NCBI GenBank assembly: GCA_964493715.1
Contig: CAZBPC010000079.1
Span: forward strand, 1-15,660
From: an uncultured archaeon
GTDB lineage: Archaea; Asgardarchaeota; Lokiarchaeia; Sigyniarchaeales; SOKP01
Length of the DNA: 15,660 bases
Reading direction: 5' to 3'
The stretch's first letter is position 1; each line of letters starts with the position of its first letter. The translations under genes were made by a program, and so were the position numbers. Positions 15,027-15,660 of the stretch are shown here, piece after piece. Below the pieces are notes generated by a model, which was not told where the DNA came from, made no database searches, and saw only the letters and a program-made list of their open reading frames with translations.

Positions 15027-15660
15027 ATGCCAAAAGGTTTCGTAATTACAAAATGGACTGAAGACCAAGGATTAATATTATATTTAAAATACCCAGATAG
15101 CATCGAAGTAGACTTAGACGATATGATGCGGATTTTTTACGCTCATATTACAGGAGCTGGAGAAGCTGGAAACGTGATGGTGAGACTTGAAAAAGCGCGA
15201 TCAAATGTATCTAGCTATTTTACTGGTATGGAATCAGACTCGCCCTTGATGATAAATTTAATATTACAATTAGGCGAGGAACCAGAAATGTTTGGTGAAA
15301 CGGTAATTTCGGACATAAATAAAACTATCGTTAAATATCTCTCCCATATTAACGCAAATCCATCAAATCAATATGATTTAACACAAGAATTAAAAGGCTA
15401 TCTCAAAAATTCATTAATTTTGTTAGAACGTTTAGAACATCTTTCTAAAGAACAAAGGATGGCTCAAATATACACTAATGAAAAAGGAAGAGCAATTCTC
15501 GAGTTGTTGCGAGAAAGACCATATACAAGAAAAGAGCTTCAAGGATTATTAGAAGACAAACTAGATCGTATCATAACCAACCTTGAAATATCATTAGATC
15601 CATTTATAAAAACCGATCTTGTCAGGCAAGATTGGATGGAAGGAGATTCAGATATAAGTC
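15027..15660 (+). CDS. uDENN/longin-like domain protein followed by a probable winged helix; 3'-truncated by the window edge
   Basis: Not in the ORF track. Manual translation from ATG 15027 is open to the window end (211 codons): MPKGFVITKWTEDQGLILYLKYPDSIEVDLDDMMRIFYAHITGAGEAGNVMVRLEKARSNVSSYFTGMESDSPLMINLILQLGEEPEMFGE..EQRMAQIYTNEKGRAILELLRERPYTRKELQGLLEDK..LDPFIKTDLVRQDW. The CDS is secure; domain names are inferred. Confidence 0.8.
   Translation, partial: MPKGFVITKWTEDQGLILYLKYPDSIEVDLDDMMRIFYAHITGAGEAGNVMVRLEKARSNVSSYFTGMESDSPLMINLILQLGEEPEMFGETVISDINKTIVKYLSHINANPSNQYDLTQELKGYLKNSLILLERLEHLSKEQRMAQIYTNEKGRAILELLRERPYTRKELQGLLEDKLDRIITNLEISLDPFIKTDLVRQDWMEGDSDIS

Noticed and set aside
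10641-15103. Minus-strand ORFs 10641-10838, 13050-13244 and 14918-15103
   Set aside because: Antisense to the glycoprotein genes; the last also overlaps the real ORF starting at 15027.
1-15660. CRISPR arrays, tRNA/rRNA genes, transposases, integrases or terminal inverted repeats
   Set aside because: None seen. Intergenic gaps are short and AT-rich, with no periodic repeats or GC-rich structured segments.

Overview
AT-rich, gene-dense window whose content points to an Asgard archaeon, most likely Lokiarchaeia/Promethearchaeota (inferred from gene content, archaeal-type AGGTG(A) ribosome-binding sites and frequent TTG/GTG starts; no database search was possible). From left to right: two tandem paralogous soluble PAS/GAF histidine kinases (the first truncated by the window edge); on the minus strand, two translationally coupled Rag/Gtr-like small GTPases with unusual fusions (uDENN/longin-like + GTPase + roadblock-like; GTPase + winged helix + longin/roadblock-like + helical tail); a divergently transcribed DivK-like single-domain response regulator; a uDENN/longin-like + long coiled-coil protein; a stand-alone Roadblock/LC7 protein; a small tandem DUF2934-like repeat protein; an unannotated 58-aa four-Cys ORF; an atypical SDR; two tandem paralogous membrane-anchored surface glycoproteins; and the start of a third uDENN/longin-like protein missed by the ORF track. 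The main candidate system is a proto-Rag GTPase pair with roadblock and longin/DENN-like partners nested inside a two-component signalling locus. Domain calls are by-eye motif recognition and need HMM or structure confirmation.
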